Shown: positions 28,710-40,008, numbered from the stretch's first letter. The stretch is DNA of 64,000 bases from Promethearchaeota archaeon (GCA_019058365.1 JAHPZE010000003.1:128001-192000), one strand, 5' to 3'. The notes: generated by a model not told the origin, from the sequence alone. A program made the numbers and translations.

Positions 28710-29978
28710 TTGGAATTATTTGGGTTTTTATACTTTAAATTAGAAAAATATAGTGTGAAAAAAAAATATGGTATGATACTTCCAATTCTATTAATAGTAG
28801 AATTTTTAACTGTAATCAATCCTGTTAATGCTTTTAATTGTAATTTAAATACTTTGGATACAAATCAAACTGAATATTATATAAATGAAGATATTAATAT
28901 ATTTGCATCTTGGGAATTATATTTTAATCCTGCTAACGAAATCGCATACATTCAAATCCATATATTAGATGACTCCGATCAAATTATATGGAATTCTTCA
29001 AAAAATAATCAGATTGGAACTCATGAACAGAATTGGACTGTAAATATTGAAGAATTTATATTAGATCCTAGAAATAACTCATATATACTCTTTATAAAGT
29101 TTTTTATCTTTTATTTTCAAATTGATACGACAAATACTATGTATACTTATTTAGATACAATAGAAATTAAAGCCATAAAAAGAAATGTCGCATGTGAATT
29201 AATTAGATATAAAGATCATATAAAAATAGGTGAAAAAGTATCTCTTATCGCAAAATTTTATACTGAATCATCAGAAAGTGTTTTCAATTTAACTAATGAA
29301 ACAATACAATTTATGACATCTTTTAATAATACAACAATATATTATTCTAATTACACAACAGATACAAGAGGGATTATTAGCTTCCAAATATCCTCCCTCA
29401 CACATTTAAAATTAGGACAAAATTTTTTAATATTTTTTATTACAAATAACAGAATCTTTAATGATTCAAAATTCGTTTATGAAATATTCGTTGAGAAAAA
29501 TCCCATACTTATTGACATTAATAAATTTAGTGAAACTCTTAAAAAAAATGAAGAATTGGAAATAAATTTGCGATTTTACTATTATTTTAATCAATCCTTA
29601 AAACCTCTTGCTAATTATAACATTTTTTTGAAGATTATCGATAATAAAACACCAGTATTTATCAAAGAATATGAAACTGATAAGTTTGGAAATTTAACAA
29701 TTAATATCTCTCAAGAACTTTTTAATTTTAACCAAAAAAGCCAAAAACTCATAGTTAATATTTATTTTAATGGAACTTATTTTTTAGATAATAAAACTTT
29801 ATCTTTAGATTTAAAATTAAATCAGGATGTATATTCTGAAATAAATAATTCCTTTCAAATTAACTTCTTTTCTTTTATTTCCATTTTGGTGATAATATTA
29901 ATACTTTTTTCTTATATACTAACTAATAAGAGAAGTAAAAGTGAAAAGTTACTAACAGATCTAATTATTAGATATTGA
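28710..29978 (+). CDS. Predicted surface protein: signal peptide, beta-rich Ig-like repeats, C-terminal membrane anchor
   Basis: N-terminal hydrophobic segment; TTDTRG and ETDKFG turns; FNGT sequons; C-terminal TM helix. Confidence 0.65.
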   Translation: MELFGFLYFKLEKYSVKKKYGMILPILLIVEFLTVINPVNAFNCNLNTLDTNQTEYYINEDINIFASWELYFNPANEIAYIQIHILDDSDQIIWNSSKNNQIGTHEQNWTVNIEEFILDPRNNSYILFIKFFIFYFQIDTTNTMYTYLDTIEIKAIKRNVACELIRYKDHIKIGEKVSLIAKFYTESSESVFNLTNETIQFMTSFNNTTIYYSNYTTDTRGIISFQISSLTHLKLGQNFLIFFITNNRIFNDSKFVYEIFVEKNPILIDINKFSETLKKNEELEINLRFYYYFNQSLKPLANYNIFLKIIDNKTPVFIKEYETDKFGNLTINISQELFNFNQKSQKLIVNIYFNGTYFLDNKTLSLDLKLNQDVYSEINNSFQINFFSFISILVIILILFSYILTNKRSKSEKLLTDLIIRY

Positions 29979-30251
29979 ATTAAAAATATACGGTTTTTAA
30001 ATAATTTAAAGATTTATTAAAATTATATTAATAAAAGGTTAACCTTCCAGACGCGACATAAATCTGAGACTCTTCTTTTATTGAGTAATAGCTAAGTTAT
30101 GTTTTGAAAGATTCTAGCGTGATTTTTAGAAAGAAAAGGGTATAAATTCAAGATAAATATTTAAAATTCTGAGTTAAAAAATTAATACTCCGTCCTTTAT
30201 TATAAACGATTATTTTCTTAAATCACCATAAAGTCTCATTTAATAAATCAT

Positions 30252-31457
30252 TTGATTATGGAGTATTTTGAAGAGTTACTAAGGAGACCGTCAATATTTA
30301 AGGATGAGAGTAAACTTGATATTAATTTCATCCCAGATAAATTGCCACATAGAGATAAAGAAATTTCCTTATTATCTCAACTTTTTCTTGGATTAATTAC
30401 TAATCCAAATTCAATATCAAGAAAAATCTTAATAACTGGAAAAACAGGAATTGGAAAAACTGCTACTGTAAAATTATTTGGATTCTTACTAGAAAAAGCC
30501 TCAAAAAAACGAGATATAAATATAAAATATGTTCATGTTAATTGCAGGAAAGAAAGAACAAGTTATAAAGTGTTAATCAAGTTAATCCAATTAATAGATA
30601 ATAAATTTCCGAAACGGGGATATTCTTCACAAGATCTATTAGATATTCTGATTGAATTTCTATATCGCCATGATTTACATTTATTAATTGGATTAGATGA
30701 ATTAAGTTATCTTATAAATAAACATGAAGATTTAATATATTCATTAACCCGGATTAACGATGACACCTTAAAAGGGGATCAACGATTGTCAATTATTGGA
30801 ATTGTAAGAGATATTTCATGTTTAAATAATTTAGATAACAGTACGATGAGTACACTGCAAAGAAATATAATTAATTTTAAGAATTATTCAAAAGACCAAA
30901 TTTATGATATCTTAAAATATAGAGCAGATATAAGTCTTAAAAAAAATGTGCTACCTAATAAAATGCTTGAAACTATATCTGAGATTACATTTAGTTCTGG
31001 TGATGTTAGAACCGGATTAAACATTCTGTGGAGATCATGTAAAATTGCTGAAAGTAAGAATCTGAAATACGTAAATGCTGAATGTATTAGGCAGGGAAAT
31101 CAAGATTTACTTCCCTTTTCTGCATTGGATATTTTAGAATATATGAATTCTCAAAAAAGAATATTCTTGCTTGCTATTATCAAAGCTTTAAATAATAGTG
31201 AGCAAATTGAAATTTCGTTTAATGACGCTTTAAAAAGTTATAATGTGGTATGTGAAAATTTAGGTTTAAAACCTAAATCTCATTCGCAAGTATGGAATTA
31301 TCTCCAAGAATTTAAAAGAGAAAATATCATAGAAACTAATGTCATTAGCGAAAAGATAAAAGGTAGGCATGCAGTTATCAAAATTACTGATTTAAGTTTA
31401 CCTAATTTAGAAAAAAATACAATAGAAATATTAAACTCTAAAGGTTTTAAAATTTGA
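30252..31457 (+). CDS. cdc6: Cdc6/Orc1 replication initiator
   Basis: FIPDKLPHRD, GKTGIGKT, HVNC, LDE, GDVR and a C-terminal wHTH. Confidence 0.95.
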   Translation: MIMEYFEELLRRPSIFKDESKLDINFIPDKLPHRDKEISLLSQLFLGLITNPNSISRKILITGKTGIGKTATVKLFGFLLEKASKKRDINIKYVHVNCRKERTSYKVLIKLIQLIDNKFPKRGYSSQDLLDILIEFLYRHDLHLLIGLDELSYLINKHEDLIYSLTRINDDTLKGDQRLSIIGIVRDISCLNNLDNSTMSTLQRNIINFKNYSKDQIYDILKYRADISLKKNVLPNKMLETISEITFSSGDVRTGLNILWRSCKIAESKNLKYVNAECIRQGNQDLLPFSALDILEYMNSQKRIFLLAIIKALNNSEQIEISFNDALKSYNVVCENLGLKPKSHSQVWNYLQEFKRENIIETNVISEKIKGRHAVIKITDLSLPNLEKNTIEILNSKGFKI

Positions 31458-31747
31458 TTGTCAATAGATTGGAAAAAAAAAATTTAATAGAAGATTTATT
31501 AGGATCACGAGCTAGAGTTAAAATTCTAAAAACTTTAGCAATAAATGAAGAATTAACAATCTCTTTAATTATTAGTAAAACAAGATTAAATTATTCTTGT
31601 GTTTTACGGCACTTGAATTACCTAAAGAAGCTTAATTTAATCCAAGAAAAAAATTTTGGAAGAATAAAAATATTTAGATATAAAATAGAAAATGTGAAAG
31701 CAAGGAGTTTAAGAAATTTAATAGAAATTTGGGAAGGAGCTTTTTAA
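31454..31747 (+). CDS. Winged-helix (ArsR-like) protein coupled to cdc6
   Basis: LGSRARVKILKTL...HLNYLKKLNLIQEKNFGRIKIF; overlaps the cdc6 stop. Confidence 0.8.
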   Translation: MIVNRLEKKNLIEDLLGSRARVKILKTLAINEELTISLIISKTRLNYSCVLRHLNYLKKLNLIQEKNFGRIKIFRYKIENVKARSLRNLIEIWEGAF

Positions 31748-31751
31748 TAAT

Positions 31752-32419
31752 ATGATCTCTATAGTCATTCTAACAACTGTATTTTTTTTCACTATTACTT
31801 TTTCAATTGTATTATATTTAGATTTAAAATTTCGTAGAATTCCAAATAATCTTTTAAAGTTCGCTTTTACTGTTAGTTTTATTCTTAATATAGGTGAAAG
31901 TATTTCATATTTCGACAATTATGTGATATTTTTATTTGGTAAATTTTTTTTTTTTTATTAGCTTTTCTTCCTTCATTTCTATTGTTTAATCTAAAAGTAA
32001 TAGGTGGAGGTGATGGAAAATTAATAATTTTGATATTTATTACTCATCCCCTAGAATATTTAAATCTAAATTTTGTTACTTCTTACTTTTTATTACTTTC
32101 ATTCTTTTTTATGGCAAAATTCATATTAAATTATTTTTTAAATAATATACTTAACGTAAATTCTTCATTTATTACTTTCTTTAACTTAAATTTAAGATAT
32201 TCAATTTTCAAGAGATTTTTTATTAAAAGCTTCTATAGATTCTTACAATTTTCAAAATTAAGTGATTATCAGGAAGAGAAAATTAGACTTAAATCCATTT
32301 TTCTAGTTTTTAATTATAAAAAAAGATCAATCGAAATATTAGTTCAACTCCGTTCACCATTTATCATAATAATTATACTTACTTACTTATCTGTCTGCAT
32401 AATAAAACTAATGTTTTAA
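31752..32419 (+). pseudogene. A24 prepilin peptidase split by a frameshift in a T13 tract (31944-31956)
   Basis: First catalytic Asp motif YLDLKFRRIPN in ORF 31752-31961; second motif GGGDGK in ORF 31982-32419; T11 or T14 would fuse them. Confidence 0.8.
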
Positions 32420-32503
32420 AAATAAAGAACAGATTAATTTTATATTAAATAATTTTTATTAAATTAATGAATTTTAATAATTTTTTAATGTGAAAAATAA
32501 AAA

Positions 32504-32899
32504 ATGGAAATTGAAAAAACAAGAGAAACTTCATGGAAAATTCAATTAAAAAAAAAAAATGAAATTATTGAAATAACTTCTGTTGAGATTAGTGGTGAAG
32601 TCCGGATTATCAAACTAGCTCTTATTAATAATGATAATACAGTAAGAGTTGAGATGAACAAAGAAGAATTTTTTAACTTCCTTTCTTTAATTTCAGCTTT
32701 TAAAGACGTTGTTATTGGAGAAGAACCTCTTATTATTGATGAAGAATTGAAATTGATTGAAAATGAGCAGCAAGAGACTCAAGAAGAAGTACCAAAATTA
32801 AATGGTAATTTATTTCAAATAAAGACTGATACTACTGAAAAACAGATTGAAGACAATGATAATGAGGAATTGAATCCAGAAGAATGGGATCCTTGGTGA
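32504..32899 (+). CDS. Hypothetical protein with acidic tail ending EEWDPW
   Basis: 131-aa ORF. Confidence 0.7.
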   Translation: MEIEKTRETSWKIQLKKKNEIIEITSVEISGEVRIIKLALINNDNTVRVEMNKEEFFNFLSLISAFKDVVIGEEPLIIDEELKLIENEQQETQEEVPKLNGNLFQIKTDTTEKQIEDNDNEELNPEEWDPW

Positions 32900-32908
32900 G
32901 ACTTTTAT

Positions 32909-33397
32909 TTATTTTATCCTTTCTATTTTGTATTCACAGTAATCTAATCTTAATTCCTCTAAACAGCATTGAGTTTCAGACACATTTACTCTATAAAGTG
33001 CAAATTCTCCAATACCAGTTAATAATCCCGTCACAAAATAACAGAAATATTTAGATTTGTTTTCCAATTCTGAGGAAATATTATGAAAAAGATCTATGAT
33101 TATTAAATCCTCAGTAATTTTTTTTAGTTCGAAACGCCCCCATCCATGATTACTCAAAATATTACAGCATTGATTCATTAAATCTTCTAATGTTTTTGGT
33201 TTTAAATTTTCATCCCAATTCTGAATTAATGTCCAACCTGCCTTCTTACCGAGCCAAACTAATAAAGATTTTACTCCCTCTCCATAAATAGAGGATAAAA
33301 TATCGAGTACTTGAGGGGGAAAAAATACAAATCGATCATTATATAGGTGATACTTCCCCTTGCTATACTTAAACCCTTTCAATTTTAAATTTCTCAT
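32909..33397 (-). CDS. V4R (4-vinyl reductase) domain protein
   Basis: HGWGRF, CYFVTGLLTG, SETQC...CEY. Confidence 0.85.
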   Translation of the reverse strand: MRNLKLKGFKYSKGKYHLYNDRFVFFPPQVLDILSSIYGEGVKSLLVWLGKKAGWTLIQNWDENLKPKTLEDLMNQCCNILSNHGWGRFELKKITEDLIIIDLFHNISSELENKSKYFCYFVTGLLTGIGEFALYRVNVSETQCCLEELRLDYCEYKIERIK

Positions 33398-33568
33398 AAT
33401 ATTAATCAGCGTTTTTTCTTATATAATCTTTTGTAACAATTATATCGTTAATAAAAACTTAATTTTGTCAAATATAATAAGGTTAATTCAGATCAGTATT
33501 GTTAAAAATTTAATTTGCAATTATATTATGAGTCCTTTAAATACTTTAAGAATCATATTGTTTAAGGA

Positions 33569-33868
33569 ATGTTAGAGTTCAGTATTTTTTTATTTGAGTT
33601 TTTATTGATGTTTAGTATAATTATATTCATCTTTATATATTCTGCAATTTCTGTTGATATGCTAACAACTTTGATTTCTTTATTAATTTTCTTAATTATA
33701 TTAGTTCCCTTTTATTTAGTAATATATAAATTTGAAATTTTTGTATATATTAATAATTTAGAAAACATTAATTTTTTCAAATTCCTTTTTTTTTATTCTA
33801 AACTCATAAATGTGTTTATTGGGATGTATTTAGTTATAGAATTATTCTATCTTTTCATAATTTCTTAA
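33569..33868 (+). CDS. Small membrane protein
   Basis: 99 aa, three hydrophobic helices. Confidence 0.55.
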   Translation: MLEFSIFLFEFLLMFSIIIFIFIYSAISVDMLTTLISLLIFLIILVPFYLVIYKFEIFVYINNLENINFFKFLFFYSKLINVFIGMYLVIELFYLFIIS

Positions 33869-33885
33869 TTAAGCATTATCTTACT

Positions 33886-35412
33886 TTAGACAATATTCAT
33901 TATATTTATAAATGAAGAGATAAACGTTAAGATGAAGAGTAAGTTAGAAATTATGATTATTAAAAATTTGTTCTGGTATTTAATAATATTCAAGAAATTA
34001 TTGGAAGTAATGGATATACTTGAGATAAATACGAAGGATAGTAAGATTATATAGTAAAAATTTATTATATTATTAAAACCAATTGAAATTGTAGGAGTTA
34101 TTGAATTTATATTTCTTGTCATTACCACGAAAAAAGGAAACATTCCTGAAATTGCCCCAATTAAGATCGGTAGGAGGAAAATGAAGAAGAAAATTTTAAA
34201 TTTCTCTCCTTTTATAATTAAATTTAGTTTTTTTTCCAATTTTTGATGTTTATATACAAGGTTTATAATATCAATTATTTTTTCAGAAGATAGTTTTGAA
34301 TTTTCATCTACAAATTTCTCGATTGCATCTAAGATTAAATTATAACGTATAGATTTTAGTTCTAACTTAAAAAATTGGATTATATCATGAAATGAACAAT
34401 TAAAATTCAAGAGATGAGTTAATTGATTTTTTATGGTTTGTTTAAGAATCTCATATTCATTTTTATTCTGCGTGTATGATTTTAAAAAAGATTTTTCAGG
34501 CGAAATATTGTTTTTTAAATTCATCGCAAAACTTTTTAAAAACAATAAAAATTCATTAAATTTTTTCTTTTCTATATTTGAGTTGTTATTTAGAAAACCA
34601 ATCAAATAAGTATTTTTATGAACAAATTTGGAACTTAAAAAATTTAATAAGTACAAATAGAAAGGAATTAGTAAGATTAGAATTATTAAGTTAATTAATT
34701 GAAATAATATCAAAAAACATAATCCTATTGGAAAAAATGTACCAATAAAAAAGATAATACTAATTTTTGATTGAACTTCTCTTAAAAAGATTTTATAGTT
34801 TTTTTGTAGCGTATTTTCTCTAAACTCATTAAATTCAGCCCTAGATTCAAAATTATTGATTATTAAATTTTTTAAATATAGATTAAAATCCTTAGAAGGC
34901 GTTATTGTCTTTAATAACTCGGCTTCTGGTGTACTCCCTTCATGAATTCTTTTTAATATGTTTTTAAAATCACCTGAAATTGGAATCTGATAATTTTTAA
35001 TTAACTTAATAAAACTAATACAATAATCGGAATTCTTTTTTAAAGTTTTACAAATTAATGAAAAATCTATCTTGATTAAATATAGTATTGCATTAATTTC
35101 TGATTCTTTTTTGTTAATTTCTTGATAGAGAATTGCATTAAATTTATACGAGAGAGCCAAGGATAAAATTACTGAATATAAAATTACTATTATAAGGTTT
35201 AAATCTATTAGAATTAATGAAAGTAATATAATTAAGCTAAATGATGATAAAAAGATTATAAAACTTGCCCTATAAATGTTATCTTGATTAATATTATATA
35301 AATTTCTGTAGAAATAATTATAGCTTTCATTCAATACCTTAAATTTCAATTTAGGTAAATTATGATTCTTGAATTTATTACAAAATGCGATATATTTTCC
35401 GAGATTTTTCAT
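33886..35412 (-). CDS. TadC/ArlJ-like pilus membrane platform protein
   Basis: Two T2SSF-like cytoplasmic domains (KRIHEGSTPEAEL; NISPEKSF) between TM clusters; downstream of the ATPase. Confidence 0.7.
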   Translation of the reverse strand: MKNLGKYIAFCNKFKNHNLPKLKFKVLNESYNYFYRNLYNINQDNIYRASFIIFLSSFSLIILLSLILIDLNLIIVILYSVILSLALSYKFNAILYQEINKKESEINAILYLIKIDFSLICKTLKKNSDYCISFIKLIKNYQIPISGDFKNILKRIHEGSTPEAELLKTITPSKDFNLYLKNLIINNFESRAEFNEFRENTLQKNYKIFLREVQSKISIIFFIGTFFPIGLCFLILFQLINLIILILLIPFYLYLLNFLSSKFVHKNTYLIGFLNNNSNIEKKKFNEFLLFLKSFAMNLKNNISPEKSFLKSYTQNKNEYEILKQTIKNQLTHLLNFNCSFHDIIQFFKLELKSIRYNLILDAIEKFVDENSKLSSEKIIDIINLVYKHQKLEKKLNLIIKGEKFKIFFFIFLLPILIGAISGMFPFFVVMTRNINSITPTISIGFNNIINFYYIILLSFVFISSISITSNNFLNIIKYQNKFLIIIISNLLFILTFISSFINIMNIV

Positions 35413-35425
35413 TTAATTAACATTT

Positions 35426-35848
35426 TTAGTATAAATTAATAATATTAACTTTTATCAAAATAGAACATCGAGAAATATTTAAAAGATATTCTTTGGGTAG
35501 AATTTGGTGAAAGTTACAATTTATAAATGTCTCATTGTATTCTAAAATTTTATAACAAATTTTTTCTTCAATAATGAATTCATATTTAACAATATGGTTA
35601 TAAAAAGTGATGTTTAAATTACCCGGATATTGTATTTTTTTAAGATATATTTCATCTGTATTTTCAACAACGTAGTCAATACCCTGGTTAATTTCCTCAA
35701 TAATTTTCATATAGGCGTCTAATTCATTCTTTTCAATATGATTAAATTCTGTTAACCTTCCAAGAAAGGGAATTAATATTGAAGAAAAAATCGTTAGAGT
35801 AAAAATCCCAAACCCAATTAGTAGCGTTTTTTCTATTAGGTTTGTCAT
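35426..35848 (-). CDS. Pilin-like protein
   Basis: N-terminus MTNLIEKTLLIGFGIF with pilin Glu followed by a hydrophobic helix; inside the ATPase-TadC operon. Confidence 0.6.
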   Translation of the reverse strand: MTNLIEKTLLIGFGIFTLTIFSSILIPFLGRLTEFNHIEKNELDAYMKIIEEINQGIDYVVENTDEIYLKKIQYPGNLNITFYNHIVKYEFIIEEKICYKILEYNETFINCNFHQILPKEYLLNISRCSILIKVNIINLY

Positions 35849-35864
35849 ATAAATGAATATTAAT

Positions 35865-38045
35865 TTAAGGATTTAAACTTCTATTCTTTTTCCATTTATT
35901 CCAAAAGTGTTCTAATTGGTCTATAGTTCTTAAGGAATAATATGAAATTTTATGAAAGAAATCAACTAGCTCACTATTTCTTAATTTTTTATTATGTAAT
36001 AAAAATTCGAATATTTGATTGAATATTTTAATGAATGATAAGAACCTCTCTTTAGTTAAAGCTATATATTTTGTTAATTCAACAATCACATTTGTTTCAT
36101 AAAGGGGTTTTTTCAATAACCATTCTTCAGCTTCCGGATTATATTCAAAAATTGAATTACAAATTGAAATTTTTGTATCACTGGATTTACTAATTTCAAA
36201 TACACCTACAACCCTTCTTTTATTAAAATCTTTTTTCATTAAAATAATTAGATCAAGATCATTTAGACATGATCTATTTATATTGAAGTGATAAATAAAA
36301 CGATTTATAAGCGAATCAATATCTTTTGAGTGGATTGTTTGAAAACCCCTTAATCCAGCAGCAAGACAATGAAACATAGCTTCTGCTTCTTCCTTTGTTA
36401 AAATCTCTCCTAAGTAGATAGTATCCGGTGTTCTATGTAAAAGAGTTTTGATTTGATTGCTTTTTGAATAATTACTTGATATTGATTCTTCTAAGGAGTC
36501 TACCCTATATTTTAATTGATGTTTACAATATTCAAATTCATTTAATGATTCTGTAATATTTTCAATATATATCTTTCGAAATTCTTTTGGTGTCAATAAA
36601 TCTAAAGCATTAATTAGTGTTGTTTTTCCAGTATCAGTTTCACCTGTAACTGTAATATTTTTTCTTCTGATAATAGTGAAATACAAAAATGCTGCTATTA
36701 ATGGATCTATGGTTCTATTTTTTAGTAAATCTTGTATAGTTAGAATATTTTTATTTAACTTTCTTATATCTAAAGCAAAATTATTAATTTGGATAGGCTC
36801 TACATCGATAGAAAATCTACAATGAAAATGTTTATTCTTAATAACAAATTTTATACTTGGATTCATAAAATCGAGCCTCTGACCACTATATAATCTAATT
36901 AATGTTTTAATTCGTTCGATTTCTTTCGAATTAAATCTTATTTGTGTTCGACATCGGCCATAGGTTTGATGATTTATGTAAACTTCATCTTTTGGTGAAT
37001 CAAGGAATATTTCTTCAATAAAATCATCAATTAATAAGGGAAATAATTTTTCTAAGTTTAATTTTTTTAATACTGTAATAAAACCTATTTTTTTATTCGC
37101 AGATTTTGATAACTTATATTTTGAATCTAATACTTTTAGAGCTTCTCTTTTATAGATTTTTATTAAATTTGCTAAGGAAATTAATTGATCAAATTCAGCA
37201 ATTTCTATATTTTGATGGAGAGATTGACTTATTTGTTCGAAGTAATCCTCTTGTTGTTCTCCCTTATAGAAAAAATCCACTATGTAATTTTTTTCAATTT
37301 CATTTGAGTTTTCATAAATTTTTACCTTAAAAACATCATATTTTCCAGTATTATATGACTGTAATAATATTTTTTCATTAAATACGCTTCCAATTTGAAG
37401 TTTTTCAATGGAATTAAATAGAAATGATTTTCCTAAAAAGATATACTGATAGAAATTATCAACATTTTTAGAATTTCCACTTTCTGTTTGAAAATCTTTA
37501 AATTTTTGTATTATTTTCAAATTATTTAGAAGTCTAAGGACAAACTTTTCTGATGTTTTAATAGAATTAATACAATTTTGACAAATTGAATCATTAACAT
37601 CATTTTTCTTCAAATAAGAAATTCTATTTTTAAAATTGAGATAAACTATAACTGGATTATAATATTCGTATTCCTTAATTTTATAGAAAAAAAAAAAATT
37701 CGGCAGATTCTTACATTTAAATTCTTTATAATTACATTTTTCATCTCTAATCTTTTTGATTTTGTAATTTACTCTTCTAATTTTTTTTAAAATCTTGAAA
37801 TAATCTAAAAATAATTTGATTTGATCAGCATTAACTAAAATCTCATTGCATAATATTGAGAGAAAGTCAAATTTTCTATCTCGGTATTTATATAAAATGT
37901 TTAAAAAACAATAAATGCATTTTTCGGATTTAAAGAAATCATTTTCATTATGAGGGCAATTATGACAATCTAAAACCAAAAATATGTCTTTTTTACCTTC
38001 CAAATTATCTTTTTCTGTAAAATAAATTAGATCTTTCAAAGCCAT
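35865..38045 (-). CDS. TadA/CpaF/VirB11-family pilus assembly ATPase with Cys-rich N-terminus
   Basis: GETDTGKTTL, YIENITE, LHRTPDTIYLGEI, QTIHS. Confidence 0.9.
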   Translation of the reverse strand: MALKDLIYFTEKDNLEGKKDIFLVLDCHNCPHNENDFFKSEKCIYCFLNILYKYRDRKFDFLSILCNEILVNADQIKLFLDYFKILKKIRRVNYKIKKIRDEKCNYKEFKCKNLPNFFFFYKIKEYEYYNPVIVYLNFKNRISYLKKNDVNDSICQNCINSIKTSEKFVLRLLNNLKIIQKFKDFQTESGNSKNVDNFYQYIFLGKSFLFNSIEKLQIGSVFNEKILLQSYNTGKYDVFKVKIYENSNEIEKNYIVDFFYKGEQQEDYFEQISQSLHQNIEIAEFDQLISLANLIKIYKREALKVLDSKYKLSKSANKKIGFITVLKKLNLEKLFPLLIDDFIEEIFLDSPKDEVYINHQTYGRCRTQIRFNSKEIERIKTLIRLYSGQRLDFMNPSIKFVIKNKHFHCRFSIDVEPIQINNFALDIRKLNKNILTIQDLLKNRTIDPLIAAFLYFTIIRRKNITVTGETDTGKTTLINALDLLTPKEFRKIYIENITESLNEFEYCKHQLKYRVDSLEESISSNYSKSNQIKTLLHRTPDTIYLGEILTKEEAEAMFHCLAAGLRGFQTIHSKDIDSLINRFIYHFNINRSCLNDLDLIILMKKDFNKRRVVGVFEISKSSDTKISICNSIFEYNPEAEEWLLKKPLYETNVIVELTKYIALTKERFLSFIKIFNQIFEFLLHNKKLRNSELVDFFHKISYYSLRTIDQLEHFWNKWKKNRSLNP

Positions 38046-38177
38046 TTAAACATTTTTTATAAAGAAGAATTTAAATAACCCACTTTTATCTCTAAGGGAA
38101 TATTAGTAAATAAAAATCTAAATGAAAAAATTTATTTATTTTAAAAAATTTATTTCCAAAAGTTAATGTGATAAAGG

Positions 38178-39197
38178 ATGGGTCATCGTAAGAAACACGC
38201 TCCAAGACATGGGTCGCTAGCATTTCTTCCTAGAAAGAGAGCAACGCAAATAAAAGGTCGAGTAAGACATTGGTTAGATAGCTCAGATGAGATTAATTTT
38301 CTTGGTTTTGCTGGATTTAAAGCGGGAATGACTCATATAACCTATATAGAGGATCAAAGAAATAGTCCTTATTATGGAAAAGAATTGATGAAGCCAGTAA
38401 CAGTAATTGAAGTCCCTCCATTAATCCTGATAGGGATAAGAGTCTATAATGAAGATGAATATGGTAAGTATATTGTTGGAGAGCTATATACTCATGAATT
38501 TAATAATTATTTATCTAGGAAAATAAATCTTCCAAATTTAGTTAATTATGATCCTAAAGTGTCTAAAAAAGAAATTCTAAAAGTTTTAAATGACAAAAGT
38601 GAAATTCGAGGCATTTTTCAAACGCAACCATACCACACATCATTACCCAGAAAAAAACCAGATATTATTGAAGTAAAAATTAATTCAATAAACCAATCTA
38701 AGGATGAATTTGATTTCGCTTATAAAAGTTTGGGTAAAGAAATAAGAGCACGAGACGTTTTAGCTGAGGGGGGGTTAGTAGATGTAGTTAGCATTACTAA
38801 AGGAAAAGGTTTCCAAGGTCCTGTTAAAAGATTCGGAATTAAAATTCTAACTCGCAAAAATAATAAAATAAAGAGAGCTGTTGCATGTATTGGTCCGTGG
38901 CATCCCGCTAGAGTTCTCTATACAGTTCCACGTGCTGGACAATTAGGATTTCACCAAAGAACAGAATACCATAAAAGAATTATGGTAATTGGCGAAAATG
39001 AGGAAGAAATTAACCCAAAAGGGGGTTTTATAAGATATGGGAAAATTCGAGGAGATTACATATTGATTTTAGGGTCTATTCCTGGATCTAAAAAAAGATT
39101 AATTAGATTAAGAAAAACTATCAGACCATTAAGATCTTTTGTTGTAAATACTCCTGAAATTACATTTATTAGCCGAGAGAGTCAACAAAGAAGATAA
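38178..39197 (+). CDS. rpl3: 50S ribosomal protein L3
   Basis: PRHGSLAFLPRKR, FKAGMTH, TKGKGFQGPVKRFG. Confidence 0.98.
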   Translation: MGHRKKHAPRHGSLAFLPRKRATQIKGRVRHWLDSSDEINFLGFAGFKAGMTHITYIEDQRNSPYYGKELMKPVTVIEVPPLILIGIRVYNEDEYGKYIVGELYTHEFNNYLSRKINLPNLVNYDPKVSKKEILKVLNDKSEIRGIFQTQPYHTSLPRKKPDIIEVKINSINQSKDEFDFAYKSLGKEIRARDVLAEGGLVDVVSITKGKGFQGPVKRFGIKILTRKNNKIKRAVACIGPWHPARVLYTVPRAGQLGFHQRTEYHKRIMVIGENEEEINPKGGFIRYGKIRGDYILILGSIPGSKKRLIRLRKTIRPLRSFVVNTPEITFISRESQQRR

Positions 39198-39219
39198 TTT
39201 AATACAATCTGGTGATATT

Positions 39220-40008
39220 GTGGATAAAGTCAATGTTTATAATTTGGATGGCAAGAAAAAAGGGCTTATTGATAAACCAAAAATATTTGATGTAAAACCA
39301 AGAATTGATCTTATTCAGATTGTAAGTGCATCCGCTCAAAGTAAAAATAAACAGGTTCAAGGAAGAGATAAGAGAGCAGGGTTAAGAAATACTGCTGAAA
39401 GTTGGGGGACAGGACACGGGATGTCTAGAGCTCCTAGAATCCAAGGTAGTGGGTTTATTACAGCAAGGCAGGTGGGACGAGTCCCTTTTGCTAAGGGGGG
39501 GCGAAGGACACATCCAATAAAAACAGAAAAAAAGATTAAGAAAAAAATTAACAAACAGATCAATAAACAATCAATAATTTCTGCAATTTCTGCATCTGGT
39601 GAAAAAACTTGGATTCAAAAAGGGGGATTTATTATTGAAAATGTACCTGAAATCCCTTTAGTTGTCGATGATAAAATCCAAACAATAAAAAAAACCAAAA
39701 AAATTTATTCAATATTATGTAATTTGGGATTAAAAGAGGATTTAATTAAAATTAAGAAAAGCAGAAAGATTAGAGCAGGAAAAGGAAAGTCAAGAGGTCG
39801 AAAGTATAAAAAAAAGAAGGGAATTTTAATCGTAATTAAAGAGGATTATGGAATTATTAAATCCTCAAGAAATATTCCTGGAACAAGTGTTATTAGAGTG
39901 GAAAATTTATCAATTAAAACATTAACACCCGGTGGCATATCTGGTAGATTGATTCTTTGGACTCAATCTGCTTTCAATGAATTAAATAATTATGAGGTGC
40001 TAATTTAG
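39220..40008 (+). CDS. rpl4: 50S ribosomal protein L4
   Basis: AESWGTGHGMSRAPR, IRAGKGKSRGR, GRLILWT. Confidence 0.97.
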   Translation: MDKVNVYNLDGKKKGLIDKPKIFDVKPRIDLIQIVSASAQSKNKQVQGRDKRAGLRNTAESWGTGHGMSRAPRIQGSGFITARQVGRVPFAKGGRRTHPIKTEKKIKKKINKQINKQSIISAISASGEKTWIQKGGFIIENVPEIPLVVDDKIQTIKKTKKIYSILCNLGLKEDLIKIKKSRKIRAGKGKSRGRKYKKKKGILIVIKEDYGIIKSSRNIPGTSVIRVENLSIKTLTPGGISGRLILWTQSAFNELNNYEVLI

